DNA of 64,000 nucleotides from Dehalococcoidia bacterium (GCA_965262725.1 OZ253555.1:2016001-2080000); one strand, 5' to 3'; counted from the first letter of the stretch, positions 38,804-49,957 are shown. The notes: generated from the letters alone by a model not told the origin. Numbers and translations are program-made.

Positions 38804-40039
38804 TCACTCCTGCGATGAAGCGTCCTTGCAGACTGAGAGTTCCGTGTCCGTAACTCCGTCCGGGCAATCACTGAGCAGTAGTGGTGTGTCGCTCGTTGGA
38901 GGGCGCAGTCCGCACATCTGCGACTCCTCATCACAGTGCACTACGTGCAGCAAGGCTGCCGTGTTGATCCCCGACTCATCTGCAGCAAACATCAACTTGC
39001 CGACTACAAATGCCACGCCAGCTGTTGCCTGCTTGAGAAGCTCGATGCTCTTGGACACCTCTCCATCGTCACCCGCCGCGATCCCCGCTGCGACGTGACC
39101 CATCGCATCGCCTCGCCTCTGAAGAATCCCGCTCACAACGGATGGCACTTCGCGGAGCCCGTCGGGGGCACCGGGGCCCTCGCTTATCCACTTGTCTGCG
39201 AGATAGTGGTGGGCCTCGGAAGCGGATTGTGTGTAGCGATAGTAGTCAGAGGTACTGACCCGATTGTTCTGATAGAGCGTCGTTGCGTGCCTCCAACCAC
39301 CCAAGTTGTGGTCTGAAGGCCCGAAATAGCTGAGGACCGCCCGATAATACAAGATGATCTCGGCTTGGCGTCTTGTTTCAAGACGAATCTCGACGCCGCC
39401 GTCAGTCGCGACTACAACTGGAAGCGAGCGTGTTTCTGCATCCGAGTCGTCTGGCGTGGCAGAGGTGCCCGCCGGCTCTGGTGTGCGTCTTGGCGTCTGA
39501 TCATCCTGCGGCGGGCTCGCCGCCGTGGCTGCAGGTTGCGGGGCAGCCGTGGCAGCGGCGGGGCGCGGAGCCGATGCCGATGGCGCCAGCTCCTGGCCCT
39601 CGCTGCCGACCGCGACGAGGAGCGCGGCGACGGCGATCGTGGCCGCGCCGAGGTAGGGGAGCCACGTGAAGCGCGCCGCCCGCCAGAACATCAGCGGGAT
39701 CGTGACGATCCAGATTCCGCTCGCGGCGGTCAGGACGATCCGCAGCCAGTCCGGCCAGCGTCCGGGGTGCAGCGCGCTCCGGCGAGGTGGGGCGACATCG
39801 CCGCCCGGGGATTCCAAGTCCGTCGCGGACTCGAGTCGGCCGGCCGCCGGCGGCTCCGCGCTGCGCTCGCCAGAGCCGGGCTCGGTCGCCGCCTCGCTCA
39901 AGCCGAAGGACTCGTCGAGGATGCGGGCGCGCTGCGCCTCGAACTCCTCGTCGGAGAGCAAGCCTCCTTCGCGTAGCCCGCTCAGTTCGCGCAGGCGCTC
40001 CGCGGCGGGTCTTCCGCTGCCCGAGGCATCGGTGCTCAT
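38804..40039 (-). CDS. SHOCT-domain membrane protein
   Basis: ERLRELSGLREGGLLSDEEFEAQRARIL, two TM helices, an Ala/Pro linker and a lower-GC C-terminal domain. Confidence 0.7.
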   Translation of the reverse strand: MSTDASGSGRPAAERLRELSGLREGGLLSDEEFEAQRARILDESFGLSEAATEPGSGERSAEPPAAGRLESATDLESPGGDVAPPRRSALHPGRWPDWLRIVLTAASGIWIVTIPLMFWRAARFTWLPYLGAATIAVAALLVAVGSEGQELAPSASAPRPAAATAAPQPAATAASPPQDDQTPRRTPEPAGTSATPDDSDAETRSLPVVVATDGGVEIRLETRRQAEIILYYRAVLSYFGPSDHNLGGWRHATTLYQNNRVSTSDYYRYTQSASEAHHYLADKWISEGPGAPDGLREVPSVVSGILQRRGDAMGHVAAGIAAGDDGEVSKSIELLKQATAGVAFVVGKLMFAADESGINTAALLHVVHCDEESQMCGLRPPTSDTPLLLSDCPDGVTDTELSVCKDASSQE

Positions 40040-40566
40040 GCCAGACTCCCCCCGGCGCAGTCTACACACGCGCCGGTCGATCGAGGATGTAGGCCTGCTA
40101 CGCCTCGTACTGCGCCTCGTACTGCGCCTCGCTGATTAAGGTTCGCGTCGCGCAGCCGCTCGCTCGCCACGGTGCGGCGGCCGGACGACGTATGCGGGCC
40201 AGCCCGCAAGAGCAGCCTCGGAGCCTGCGGATCGTCCGAGAGTCGGGGAGCGGATTCAAGGAAAACTGAGCCCTGGAGTGCGTCCCGGGCTCGCCCCCGA
40301 TCTCGCACTTCGAACTGACGAGCCTCGATGACGACCTGGGACTTCAGCGGGGTTCCGCGCGCCGTAGTCCATGAGTTCCGGGTCCAACTCGACGAGTGCA
40401 TCCGCGAGCACACGGCGGAGCATCGGCGGGTATGGGGAGTTGACGAATCCGGGGCCGCGCGGGGCGTATGATGGCATGGTACGGGGTGCTGCCAGGACTT
40501 GTCCGCAACCCGACGCGGTGCGGCGTATTGCTGCTGCTCGCCCGAGCGCGGTACCAGAGGACCATC

Positions 40567-41799
40567 GTGACGACTCTCCGCGATGTCGAACTGACCGACT
40601 TGCTGGATCAAGGCGAGTCGGATCGCGTCGAGTTCAAGGAGTCGCTGGCGGGAGGCGCTGCGGGGGCGGTTCGGGAGGCGATTTGCGCGTTCGCCAATGA
40701 CCTGCCTGGCCACGGCGTGCCCGGAGTGATCTTCGTGGGTGTGCGCGACAATGGCTCAGCGGCCGGTCTACAGGTCACCGATGAGTTGCTCCGGCAGTTG
40801 GCCGACATGAAGACGGACGGCAATATCGTTCCACCTCCCTCCATCGCGGTGCAGCGGCTCGTCATCCACGGGGGGGGGGAGACAGCAGTCGTCACGGTAG
40901 TGCCGTCGGACTCACCACCGGTCCGCTACCGAGGCGGAGTACATATCCGGATCGGTCCCCGGCGAGGGCGTGCGACCGCCCAGGACGAGCGGATTCTCAA
41001 TGAGAGACGCCGCTCCGGTGACACGCTATTCGATGTCCAGCGGGTGCCTACATCGACGCTCGATGACTTGAATCTAGGCTTCTTCGAGAACGAGTACCTG
41101 CCGCAGGCCTTCGCGCGGGAGGTGATTGAGGCCAATGAGCGCAGTCGCGAGGAGCAACTGGCAGCGACGAAGATGATCGCATCGGCCGACGATCCGGCCG
41201 CCACGGTGCTCGGGCTGCTCGTACTCGGTAAGAACCCACAGGATTTCCTGCCTGGCGCCTACGTCCAGTTTCTCCGAGTGGGTGGAACCGAACCGCATGA
41301 TGACATCATCGACAGCGAGGACATCCGCGGCTCGGTCGGGGATGTGCTGCGCCGTCTCGACGAGAAGCTCAGGGCCCACAACCGAACCGCTATCGACTTT
41401 GTCTCCTCCTCAACCGAACGGCGAACCGGCCTGTATCCGGTACCAGCCATTCAGCAGATCACACGGAACGCCGTCATGCACCGCACCTACGAGGCGACCA
41501 ACGCCCCTGTGCATGTCCGTTGGTTTGAAGACCGAATTGAGGTGATCAGCCCTGGGGGGCCATTCGGACGGGTGACCGCCAGCAACTTCGGCAGCGGCAG
41601 CGCGGTCGACTACCGCAACCCCAATCTGGCCGAGGCGCTGCACACGTTAGGCTTCGTCCAGCGGTTCGGCGTCGGTATCCCGACGGCTCAGCATCTGCTG
41701 AGGGAGGCCGGACATCCAGAAGCGAGATTCAGAATCGACGAGAGCACTGTGCTCGTGACCATCCCGGCGATAGCGAGCCCTGGAGGCGCGCCGAGATGA
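40567..41799 (+). CDS. Schlafen/AlbA_2 domain protein with a HATPase_c_4 (RecG C-terminal-like) domain
   Basis: GESDRVEFKES, ICAFAN, GVIFVGVRDNG, NAVMHRTY, RIEVISPG, RNPNLAEAL and GVGI. Confidence 0.88.
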   Translation: MTTLRDVELTDLLDQGESDRVEFKESLAGGAAGAVREAICAFANDLPGHGVPGVIFVGVRDNGSAAGLQVTDELLRQLADMKTDGNIVPPPSIAVQRLVIHGGGETAVVTVVPSDSPPVRYRGGVHIRIGPRRGRATAQDERILNERRRSGDTLFDVQRVPTSTLDDLNLGFFENEYLPQAFAREVIEANERSREEQLAATKMIASADDPAATVLGLLVLGKNPQDFLPGAYVQFLRVGGTEPHDDIIDSEDIRGSVGDVLRRLDEKLRAHNRTAIDFVSSSTERRTGLYPVPAIQQITRNAVMHRTYEATNAPVHVRWFEDRIEVISPGGPFGRVTASNFGSGSAVDYRNPNLAEALHTLGFVQRFGVGIPTAQHLLREAGHPEARFRIDESTVLVTIPAIASPGGAPR

Positions 41800-42875
41800 C
41801 GGTTCCTGTCCTCACCTTCTTTAACAACAAGGGTGGTGTCGGCAAGACCTCGCTCGTGTACCACCTCGCGTGGATGTTCTCGGAAAGGGGTCATCGGGTG
41901 CTGGCCTGCGATCTCGATCCTCAGGCCAACCTCACCAGCATGTTCCTGGAAGAAGATCGTCTGGAGTCCGTGTATGAGGAAGGCGACGGGTCGCCTTCAC
42001 CGTCTGGAACCATCTTCGAGTGCGTGAGGCCGTTGATGGAGGTGGGAGACCTGCGCTCCCCGACCCTCCAGAAGATCACCACCGAGTTGCAGTTGATACC
42101 CGGCGATTTGGCGCTCGCCGGCTTCGAGGACACGCTATCCGCAGAGTGGCCAAACGCCCTTCGATCAACCGACATCTACCGCCCTTTCAGGATTCTGACT
42201 GCGTTCTCCACCATCATGCAGGACGGTGCCTCTCGGATGGATGCCTCCGTCATCCTCGCCGATGTCGGCCCCAACCTCGGCGCGATCAACCGATCAGCCC
42301 TGATTTCGACTGACTATGTCATCGTGCCCGTTGGGGTCGACCTCTTTTCTCTTCGCGGGCTCCGTAACCTCGGTCCCACACTGCAGAACTGGCGTGCCGA
42401 GTGGGAGAAGCGGCTCCAGAACTGGCTTGACCCAGCCTTCGATCTCCCCAACGGCCGGATGGAGCCTATCGGCTACGTGGTGCAGCAACACGGCGTGCGC
42501 CTGAGCCGGCCCGTACGAGCGTACGATAAGTGGGTCAACCGAATGCCGAGGGAATACGCACGCAGCCTGCTTAGAGATGACCAGGGGCCGTACGCCCCAA
42601 CACCGGAAGACGACGAGCACGCTCTCGCCACAATCAGGCACTACCGGAGCCTCGTTCCGATGGCCCAAGAGGTGCGCAAGCCCGTGTTCAAACTCACCTC
42701 GGCCGACGGAGCCATTGGCAGTCACGCTGCAGCCGCCAGCAGCGCCTACTCCGACTTCAAGACCTTGTCCGAGAACATAGTCGAGCGTATGTCGCAGCCT
42801 TCAACCTCCCGCCGCAAGGAGCGACGCGGCGGACCGGCCGGGCGAGCCGCTTCGCGGAGGGGTCGCATGGGGTGA
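41796..42875 (+). CDS. ParA-family ATPase
   Basis: FNNKGGVGKT, DLDPQANLT and DVGPNLGAINR, with an ATGA overlap with the upstream gene. Confidence 0.9.
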   Translation: MTVPVLTFFNNKGGVGKTSLVYHLAWMFSERGHRVLACDLDPQANLTSMFLEEDRLESVYEEGDGSPSPSGTIFECVRPLMEVGDLRSPTLQKITTELQLIPGDLALAGFEDTLSAEWPNALRSTDIYRPFRILTAFSTIMQDGASRMDASVILADVGPNLGAINRSALISTDYVIVPVGVDLFSLRGLRNLGPTLQNWRAEWEKRLQNWLDPAFDLPNGRMEPIGYVVQQHGVRLSRPVRAYDKWVNRMPREYARSLLRDDQGPYAPTPEDDEHALATIRHYRSLVPMAQEVRKPVFKLTSADGAIGSHAAAASSAYSDFKTLSENIVERMSQPSTSRRKERRGGPAGRAASRRGRMG

Positions 42876-43114
42876 GGCACGGGTGTGTTCAGGCGTCCCA
42901 CAGCGATCCCGCATGGCACGTCGAGTGACCAGCAAACGCGGGCGGGCGCGCACTCGCATAGTCCTCACCTGACTCCGGCCGGGCGCTACCGGCAGAAGTA
43001 CGGGCCCGTGCGATCATCACGCCGCACTGCCGCAGAGGGCGTTTCTTGGGTACCATGCACCACGGCAAATCACTCTAGCTGAGGCTGCGATGATCGCTTC
43101 TTGGGGGCGGCAAG

Positions 43115-44041
43115 GTGCTCGAACGACCGACGCTCGACGAGATGCTGCTTACGGTCTTCGCGATCGTCGTGTTCGCCATCGTGCAACTCGGCTCGAACTC
43201 CGATGGCAGCGTGGAGCCTCCCGCGGCGACGCCGACTGGGACGCCCCGGGCAGCGGCCCCTGCCGCCACTGCAACGCCCTCGGTCGTCGCGTCGTCCGGC
43301 ACCGCTACCCCGACTGCCACCGTCACCCGGCGGGCCACGGCTACCCCCACCGTGGCCGCAGCGGTCGCCGCCACCCCCGCCACCGCCGCGACCCCGAAGG
43401 ATCCTGACAGCTGTGACTTCCGCGACGAACTCGAGCGCGTGCGTGGCGCGGTCGTCCGCATCCGCGCGCCGGCGAGCCCGTACAGTGGCAGCCAAGGCAC
43501 CGGCTTTCACATCGGCGGCGGCGAGTACGTGACCGCGGCGCACGTCGTGCAGGATGAACGCGGCAGAGCCCACGACGAGATCTACGTGGCGTCGGCGCTC
43601 ACCGGGCGCTCGGAGCGGGCCGAAGTAGTGAGCGCCGGATCGTTCAGCACGAGCGGCGACCGCCAGCACCGCGATATCGCCATTCTCCGGAGCGCCCTCA
43701 TAGTCGCACACTCGATCGCGTCCCGCACCCCGGAGGACGGCGACGTCGGGCGGGATGTGCGGGCGCTCGGCTATCCGTGGTCGCAGGCCGGGGACGACTC
43801 GGCGGCGGTCCCGGCGCCGGTGGTGGTGCGCGGCGTCTTGTCGAACGCTGCGGTGCGCGACAACATAGCCGTCGTCCAGGCCGACGTGCAGGCGCAGAGC
43901 GGCATGAGCGGCGGGCCGCTCGTCGACGAGTGCGGCTTCGTGCTGGCCGTGGCCTCGGCCGTGCCGCGTGCGCTGCGCGGCGAGGCCGGCGACGGTCTCA
44001 CGGTCTTCATCTCGATGGCCGAACTGGACAAGCTGCGGTAG
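43115..44041 (+). CDS. membrane-anchored trypsin-like serine protease
   Basis: N-terminal TM, Thr/Ala/Pro linker, and the triad TAAHVV / DIAIL / GMSGGP. Confidence 0.9.
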   Translation: MLERPTLDEMLLTVFAIVVFAIVQLGSNSDGSVEPPAATPTGTPRAAAPAATATPSVVASSGTATPTATVTRRATATPTVAAAVAATPATAATPKDPDSCDFRDELERVRGAVVRIRAPASPYSGSQGTGFHIGGGEYVTAAHVVQDERGRAHDEIYVASALTGRSERAEVVSAGSFSTSGDRQHRDIAILRSALIVAHSIASRTPEDGDVGRDVRALGYPWSQAGDDSAAVPAPVVVRGVLSNAAVRDNIAVVQADVQAQSGMSGGPLVDECGFVLAVASAVPRALRGEAGDGLTVFISMAELDKLR

Positions 44042-44058
44042 GCAGCGGAGGAGCGGCG

Positions 44059-47000
44059 ATGGGCGCGGTCAACATCTTCCTCGGCGGCACCGGCAAGGCT
44101 GTGGCCGAGGACATCCAGGACAGCCGCGACTTCTATCCGGCGTTCCGCGACGCAATTGGCGACCCCATCGCGTTCGATCTCGACGTCACGGTGCGCGACG
44201 GAGTAGGGCTCGACATCATCGCGCCCGGCGACCTCGCGACGAGTGGCGTCAAGCAGTTGGCGACGCAGTGGTCGACACAGGATCCTGGGCCGGGGGTGGG
44301 CCCGGAGTCGAACGGGAGCCCGCCCGGCCCGCGGCTTGAGGCGGAGCGCTCGCTGCTCGTGAACGTGGGCCGTGGCATCTCCGCCAATCCCGAGCCGGGC
44401 GCTGGGCTCTACGCCCTGCGCGCGCACGGCCTCGCGGTCTTCTCGTTGCTGTTCGACGAGTCGAGGCAAATCGCGGGCGCGGGCGCGGGCACCGAGTTGC
44501 GCAACCGTATCGCCAGCGCTGTCGAGAACCAGACGTTCGGCGGCCGACCGCCGCGTATCAACCTCGTTACCTCCACGGCCGGCGGCACGGGCGCGGGCAC
44601 GGTGATCCCGCTCGCACTGTGGTTACGCAAGGAGTACCGGTACTCGCCGCTCAACCTCATCGCGGTCACCGCGTCGGCCTTCACGAAGGTGCTCAGCGGC
44701 AATCCCACGATGCGGGACCGTGCGGCGAAGGGGCGTTCGGGGACATACGCGATGCTGCGCGAACTCGCGTTCCTCTCGGAGCAGACCGACGACCAGGCGC
44801 AGTTTTCGACGCGCAGCCTGCCGGTCACGGACGGCGGGCTGGAGTACCGCCCGGGGCAGCAGATCTTCCGCCGCGTCTACTGGTTCGGCGGGCGGCGCGG
44901 CGGCAACCCGGAGGATGCCTTCGAGGAGGCAGGGGCGCTGCTACGCCTGCTCAGCCACGATGACAGCGCTGACCGGCTCGACGGGCAGACCGGCTCCGAT
45001 CCGATGCGCTCGGTGGGAGCGATCACGGCGATCGAGTACCCGAAGTTGCGCTACCAGCGCCGCATGATCTCCGCCGTGCTGCAGATGGCGTACCGCGACC
45101 TCCGCGAGTCGCCGCGGGATTACGAGGGCGCTACGCAAGAAGAGACCACGCTGCTTGCCTACGCCGCCAACGAGCCGGGAGGCCTCGGCGGATGGTTCCA
45201 CGATCACCGCCACGACGCGTTCGCCCCGGCCACAGCCATGGACGTGGACCGTTCCGCCGCCGACGATCTCGCCCGCCGCATCCGCACCCCCGCCCAAGCG
45301 TCCGGCGGCTACGAGCGCGTGCAGCGCGGTACCCAGGTGGAGGTCGGCGTCGAGGGCGACATCTACGGCGCCGGCGAGGTCGATTGGCGCAAGTACGTCG
45401 GCAGGGTCAAGGACGGCCTCGACCGCGAGGCGGACCGCAGGCAGAGGGGCCTGCAGCGGGCGATCCGCGAGATGCGCCGCGAGGAGGAGCAGGCGTTCGG
45501 CCGTTGGCTCAAGCAGGAACTGGAGCAGCGCCTCGGCAGCGAGGGCTCCGATGCGACCGGCGGCGTGCTGCAGCTACTAGCCGGGCTCGACGCCAATGCC
45601 TCCGAATTGCAGGAGCGGGTCGGCCGGGACGGCTTCTTCGGCAGCGAACTCACCCTCGACCAGAGCGATGCGCGGATCCGGGAGGCAACGGACAAGTTCG
45701 ACAATCCGCCGCGGGCTGCGGCCGAGCCCTCCGGCCTCGACCGCTGGATGCCGCTCGGCCTCGGCGCCGTCGCCCTCTTCGCCGTGCTCGCCATCGCTCG
45801 GGCGATTCCCGGGCGCAGCCTCGCCGGCGTCGGGACCGAGTGGATTGCGTGGGGTCTCGCGTTCGCCGCGATGTTCGTGACGTACCGTGGCGCACGCTCG
45901 TGGAGGATGAAGGGCAAGGCCGCATCGCTCGAGACGCAAAGGCAGCGCGCCGAGGCTCGCCTGTTCGAGGCCTACGAGGAACGCGACCGCGTGCGCGCGC
46001 TGCAATGGATGCATCAGGAGCTGCGCGGGCACGACGGCGCTTTGCCGTTCTTCGGCGAACTGCGTCAGCAGATCGACTCAGCGCGCACCGCCGTTGGCGA
46101 TCTCGAAGCCGCCTACAAGGAGCTGGAGGCCTTGGCCACCTACGATGTCTCGCAGGCGGGCGAGAGCCCGCCGCACGTCGCGGCCGAGGTCGGCGACTGC
46201 GTTCCTCACGACCCGGATCTCGCCGGCAGCATCGCGGGCAAGATGCGGGAGCGCTTGCGGATCGAGGCACAGGCCAGCCCGAAGCCCCGCGTGCTGGAGC
46301 TGACGCTGCGGCTCGTTCCCGGCGAAGCCGACGGCGATGTCTTCGCTCCGGTCGTCGGGGCGGTCGGCCCGATCCTGCAGGCCCTGCGCGACACAGAGCA
46401 GGCGGGCCTCGAGGACGCCAAGCGAATCGCGAACCGCTGGCGCGAGTCGGTCTGGAACCTGATCAACGTGGAACTCGGCCAACGCCTGCCGGATGACTTC
46501 AGCGCCGCGCTCGCCGAATGCGCGGACGGGGATGCGGGCAAGGCGTCGAGCACGCTGGCCTCCAAGCTGCTCGGCCTTGACTTGCCGCGCGGGCCCTCGG
46601 TCGAATTGCAGGCCGCGGCGGCCGCACCGGCCGTGCGAGGCGTCTTCGTCGGCGGCACGGCGATCGGGGCCGAGTTCAACCTCGCGCTGCGGGCGCCCGA
46701 GATGGCCCCGAACCTGGCGGCGCTCCAGTCCTACGGCGAGCCGCAGATCGTGCCCGCGCTGGGCCAGCAGATCGTCTTCCTCGACCTCTGGGTCGACCCC
46801 GGCGTCCATGACTGGGCGCCCGGCGTGATCGGCAGTGCCACCGAGGCCAGGGCGGCGATGAAGACCTACTACGGCGCGGAGGTCGGCGTCCCGCCAGGCG
46901 CGACGGCACGGGAGACCTGCTTCACGGTGCTGCCCGAGCTGCTCGCGGCGACCAAGGTCGAGCTGCTCGACGGCGACGTCCAGCCGCTCGCGCCCGCGGT

Positions 47001-47598
47001 CGTCGCGCGCATGCTGGGCAGCGACCTCGATACGCAGGGCCCCACCTACGCCGAGCTCTTCTACCTGCTGCGCGCTCGCCGCCGGCTCTCCTCGAGTGTC
47101 GAGGGCGCCGGACCCGCGGCCCGCGAAGTCACGACGATCGCCGGCGAGGGCGGCGGTCCGCTGCGGCTCGTCGACTGGCCGCCCGGCGGCCTCAGCGACG
47201 GCGTCTTCGGTGACGGACGTATGACCGTGGTCGCCTTCGACGCCTTCTGCGAGTTCATGCGCTTCGACGGCACTCCCGGCATCGCCGGCGAAGCGTCGGC
47301 TGACGGCCTAACCTTCCCCGGTGCCACGATCTTCGCCACCGACTGGCAGCGCGAACGCGAGCGGGTCGCCGCGCTCCAGCGCGCGGTCGTACGGGAGTGG
47401 TATCACGGTGACGTCGAGGCCGACTGCGCCGCCATGATCGCGCTGCTCGAAGAGGACCTGGGGCGCATGGCGGACGGCCGGGACTACGCGCGAGAGAGCT
47501 GGGGACGCGCGATGCGGCGACTGCTCGCGGGCGACGAGCGGCGCAAGATCCGCGCGACGCACCTCGACGGGTCCGGCGGACAGGGGAGCGGTGGCTGA
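44059..47598 (+). CDS. tubulin/FtsZ-like (Tubulin_2) domain protein with coiled coils and a central TM hairpin
   Basis: ATG after GGAGGAG. Motifs IFLGGTGK, GAGLYALRAHG and STAGGTGAG. Two TM helices lie mid-protein. Confidence 0.8.
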   Translation: MGAVNIFLGGTGKAVAEDIQDSRDFYPAFRDAIGDPIAFDLDVTVRDGVGLDIIAPGDLATSGVKQLATQWSTQDPGPGVGPESNGSPPGPRLEAERSLLVNVGRGISANPEPGAGLYALRAHGLAVFSLLFDESRQIAGAGAGTELRNRIASAVENQTFGGRPPRINLVTSTAGGTGAGTVIPLALWLRKEYRYSPLNLIAVTASAFTKVLSGNPTMRDRAAKGRSGTYAMLRELAFLSEQTDDQAQFSTRSLPVTDGGLEYRPGQQIFRRVYWFGGRRGGNPEDAFEEAGALLRLLSHDDSADRLDGQTGSDPMRSVGAITAIEYPKLRYQRRMISAVLQMAYRDLRESPRDYEGATQEETTLLAYAANEPGGLGGWFHDHRHDAFAPATAMDVDRSAADDLARRIRTPAQASGGYERVQRGTQVEVGVEGDIYGAGEVDWRKYVGRVKDGLDREADRRQRGLQRAIREMRREEEQAFGRWLKQELEQRLGSEGSDATGGVLQLLAGLDANASELQERVGRDGFFGSELTLDQSDARIREATDKFDNPPRAAAEPSGLDRWMPLGLGAVALFAVLAIARAIPGRSLAGVGTEWIAWGLAFAAMFVTYRGARSWRMKGKAASLETQRQRAEARLFEAYEERDRVRALQWMHQELRGHDGALPFFGELRQQIDSARTAVGDLEAAYKELEALATYDVSQAGESPPHVAAEVGDCVPHDPDLAGSIAGKMRERLRIEAQASPKPRVLELTLRLVPGEADGDVFAPVVGAVGPILQALRDTEQAGLEDAKRIANRWRESVWNLINVELGQRLPDDFSAALAECADGDAGKASSTLASKLLGLDLPRGPSVELQAAAAAPAVRGVFVGGTAIGAEFNLALRAPEMAPNLAALQSYGEPQIVPALGQQIVFLDLWVDPGVHDWAPGVIGSATEARAAMKTYYGAEVGVPPGATARETCFTVLPELLAATKVELLDGDVQPLAPAVVARMLGSDLDTQGPTYAELFYLLRARRRLSSSVEGAGPAAREVTTIAGEGGGPLRLVDWPPGGLSDGVFGDGRMTVVAFDAFCEFMRFDGTPGIAGEASADGLTFPGATIFATDWQRERERVAALQRAVVREWYHGDVEADCAAMIALLEEDLGRMADGRDYARESWGRAMRRLLAGDERRKIRATHLDGSGGQGSGG

Positions 47599-49957
47599 GC
47601 GCCCGCCTCGCAGGCGCCTCGCCGCGGCTCTGGTCGCCGCGCTTGCGCTCGCGGCGCTGCTGGCGGGAGCGGGACTGCCGCGCCCCGGTGGCGACGCCGC
47701 CGCGCAGACACCTGCCGAGTCGCCGCCTACCCGCGTCGTCTTCGCCATCGATAACTCCGGCTCCATGTTCGGCGTCGGCGGCGAGCCCGCCAGCGACCTC
47801 GACCAACAGCGCATCGAGGGCGTCCGCGGCCTGATCGAGGTGCTGCGCGGCTTCCTCGGCGCTCCCCGCGAGCAGCGCCGCGTCGAGCTCGGCGCGCTCT
47901 CGTTCGGCGGCGACGAGCCGGAGCTTCTGAGCGCGCCCGCCTCGGTGCTCGATGAGGCGCTGCCGGACCGGCTGCGCGCTGAACCCGTGGGGGGAGGCAC
48001 CGACTTCCGCTCGGCGCTCTGCGCCGCCTGGGCGATGGCTACGGGCGAGACGCCGCCGGCCAGCGCCAGCTGCCCTCCCCTCCCGTTCGGATTCGCCGAC
48101 ACCACCCCCGCCGCCGACAGCCGCCTGCTCGTCGTCGTGATCACCGACGGCAGCCCCGCCCGCGGCGGCGACGACCTCGGCTTCGACGGCGATCCCGTGG
48201 CCGCCGACTGCCCCGGCGGCCACGGCGGCTACGACTCTCCGGACGGCGACGCCTACCTTTGCGCGCTCGCGGCGACATGGACGGCGCTGCGCGCCGAGCG
48301 CGCCGCCGACCTCGTCGTGATCGGCCTCGACGCGCCCGGGCGCTGGTTCCCGGCCGCCGAGACGCACTGGCAGCGCGTCGCCCAGTGCGGCGGCCCGGGC
48401 CAGCGCGACTGCGCCGACCGCGTGGTCCGCAGCGTCGATCCCGGGCAGCTCGCCGCGCTGATCCTCGGCGCGTTCCCGGGCGTCGACCTCTGCGAGGCGG
48501 TCGCCGATCGCGGCGACGCGTTCACCTGCGACGTGCCGGGCGGCCTCGCCGCCGTCGGCTTCCAGGTGACGGGCCTGAACGCGGGTGCGCTCACCGGCAT
48601 CGAGAATACGGCCGGCGAAACCTACCGCTCCGATGTCGCGCACCGGGAACTGGGGGGGCGCGGCGAGAGCGCGCACGTATGGCGCTTCGAGCGGCCAGTC
48701 GCCGGCGGGTGGATGGTGACGGCCAACGGCCCGCCCGGCCAGCGCGCCATCGTCGACTACGCGCCGGTCGAGTTCCGCGTGGAGCTGCGGACGTGGGACG
48801 CCGTACGCGGCCTCTTGGGGTTCGTGCTGGCCACGGCCGCCGATGTGCACGTCGCCTCGCTACTCGACCAGCCGTACCGCCTCGAGCTGCTGCACGACGG
48901 GCGGAGCATCGAGGGCATAGAGGTGATGCTCGCCCACGAGGGCGGCAGGGCGTACTCGCTGGAGGTGCCGCTCGCGGCGGGCGCGAGCGGCGGCGTGTAC
49001 ACGGTCGTGCTCTACCTTCAGACCGCGCGCACGCTGATCGAGGTCGGGCGGCTCGAACTGCCCCCGCCCCCGGCACCCACACCCTCACCCTCGCCCTCGC
49101 CCTCGCCGTCTCCCTCCCCCTCACCGCCGCCGTCTCCCACGCCAGAAGCGACACCGCCTCCCCGGCCAGAGGCGACACCACCTCCCCCGCCTCCGTGCTC
49201 GGAGTTCGAGGCGAAGTGGGAGGGCGAACCCGGCACCGCGTCGCGCTGGCGCTGGGCCTTTCGCGCTGGCCTCGAACTCCCGCCCGTCCGCTTCCGCGAC
49301 TCCGCCGTCTGGCGCGTCACGATCGAATCGCCGGACTGTGACGAGCCGATCGCAGCCAGCGCCCGCATCCTCGGCTGCGAGTGGTGCGAGGCCGAGACGG
49401 AGGGCACGCCGCCGCTCGCGCCGCTCGACGTCCCGACGGCCGGACGTCCCGACGATGCCTCGACGCGCGCGTGGTTTGCGGAGTCGCCGCGCACCACCGA
49501 CGGCGCGAGTGAGCCTGTGCGGCTCTCCGACTCGTGGCTGTTGCACGCGGAGCCCGTGTGGGCGGCCGCGCTGCACCTGCTGGCGCTGGCCGCGCTCGCG
49601 GTTGGCGTGAGCGCGGTCGCGGTGCGGCGTCCGCACAAGTGGCGTCACGGCGAGACGCCAGAGGCGCCGATCCGCCTCGCCGTGCCCGACGAACGCCAGC
49701 GCCTGGCGGGCATCGTGCGCCTCGGGACTTTCGTCGGGCGGCGCAGCCCGCGCGACGAGACAGCTAAAACGGAGGGTAAGTTGCTCACGCTGCGCTGGCT
49801 GATCTTCGGCCCGCTCGTCGCCCGCGAGACCGCAGAGGGCGCGACGCGGCGGGCGCGCTGGTTCGGCGTTCCCACCGCCCAGGCCCCCGACGCCCAGGCC
49901 CCCGACGCCGAGGCTCGCCGCCTCGACATCCGCCGCCTCCCGCCCCGCCGCGCCTGA
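47591..49957 (+). CDS. exported vWA-domain protein with a Pro-rich linker and C-terminal TM
   Basis: Signal-like N-terminus, MIDAS DNSGSM, GGTDF, VITDG, and a (PS)n/Pro linker. Confidence 0.85.
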   Translation: MAERPPRRRLAAALVAALALAALLAGAGLPRPGGDAAAQTPAESPPTRVVFAIDNSGSMFGVGGEPASDLDQQRIEGVRGLIEVLRGFLGAPREQRRVELGALSFGGDEPELLSAPASVLDEALPDRLRAEPVGGGTDFRSALCAAWAMATGETPPASASCPPLPFGFADTTPAADSRLLVVVITDGSPARGGDDLGFDGDPVAADCPGGHGGYDSPDGDAYLCALAATWTALRAERAADLVVIGLDAPGRWFPAAETHWQRVAQCGGPGQRDCADRVVRSVDPGQLAALILGAFPGVDLCEAVADRGDAFTCDVPGGLAAVGFQVTGLNAGALTGIENTAGETYRSDVAHRELGGRGESAHVWRFERPVAGGWMVTANGPPGQRAIVDYAPVEFRVELRTWDAVRGLLGFVLATAADVHVASLLDQPYRLELLHDGRSIEGIEVMLAHEGGRAYSLEVPLAAGASGGVYTVVLYLQTARTLIEVGRLELPPPPAPTPSPSPSPSPSPSPSPPPSPTPEATPPPRPEATPPPPPPCSEFEAKWEGEPGTASRWRWAFRAGLELPPVRFRDSAVWRVTIESPDCDEPIAASARILGCEWCEAETEGTPPLAPLDVPTAGRPDDASTRAWFAESPRTTDGASEPVRLSDSWLLHAEPVWAAALHLLALAALAVGVSAVAVRRPHKWRHGETPEAPIRLAVPDERQRLAGIVRLGTFVGRRSPRDETAKTEGKLLTLRWLIFGPLVARETAEGATRRARWFGVPTAQAPDAQAPDAEARRLDIRRLPPRRA

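Noticed and set aside
40101-40132. 12-bp tandem repeat CGCCTCGTACTG (about 2.5 copies)
   Set aside because: Too short to support any function, and probably a slippage product.
49060-49195. Low-complexity C-rich repeats
   Set aside because: They encode the Pro/Ser linker of the vWA protein.
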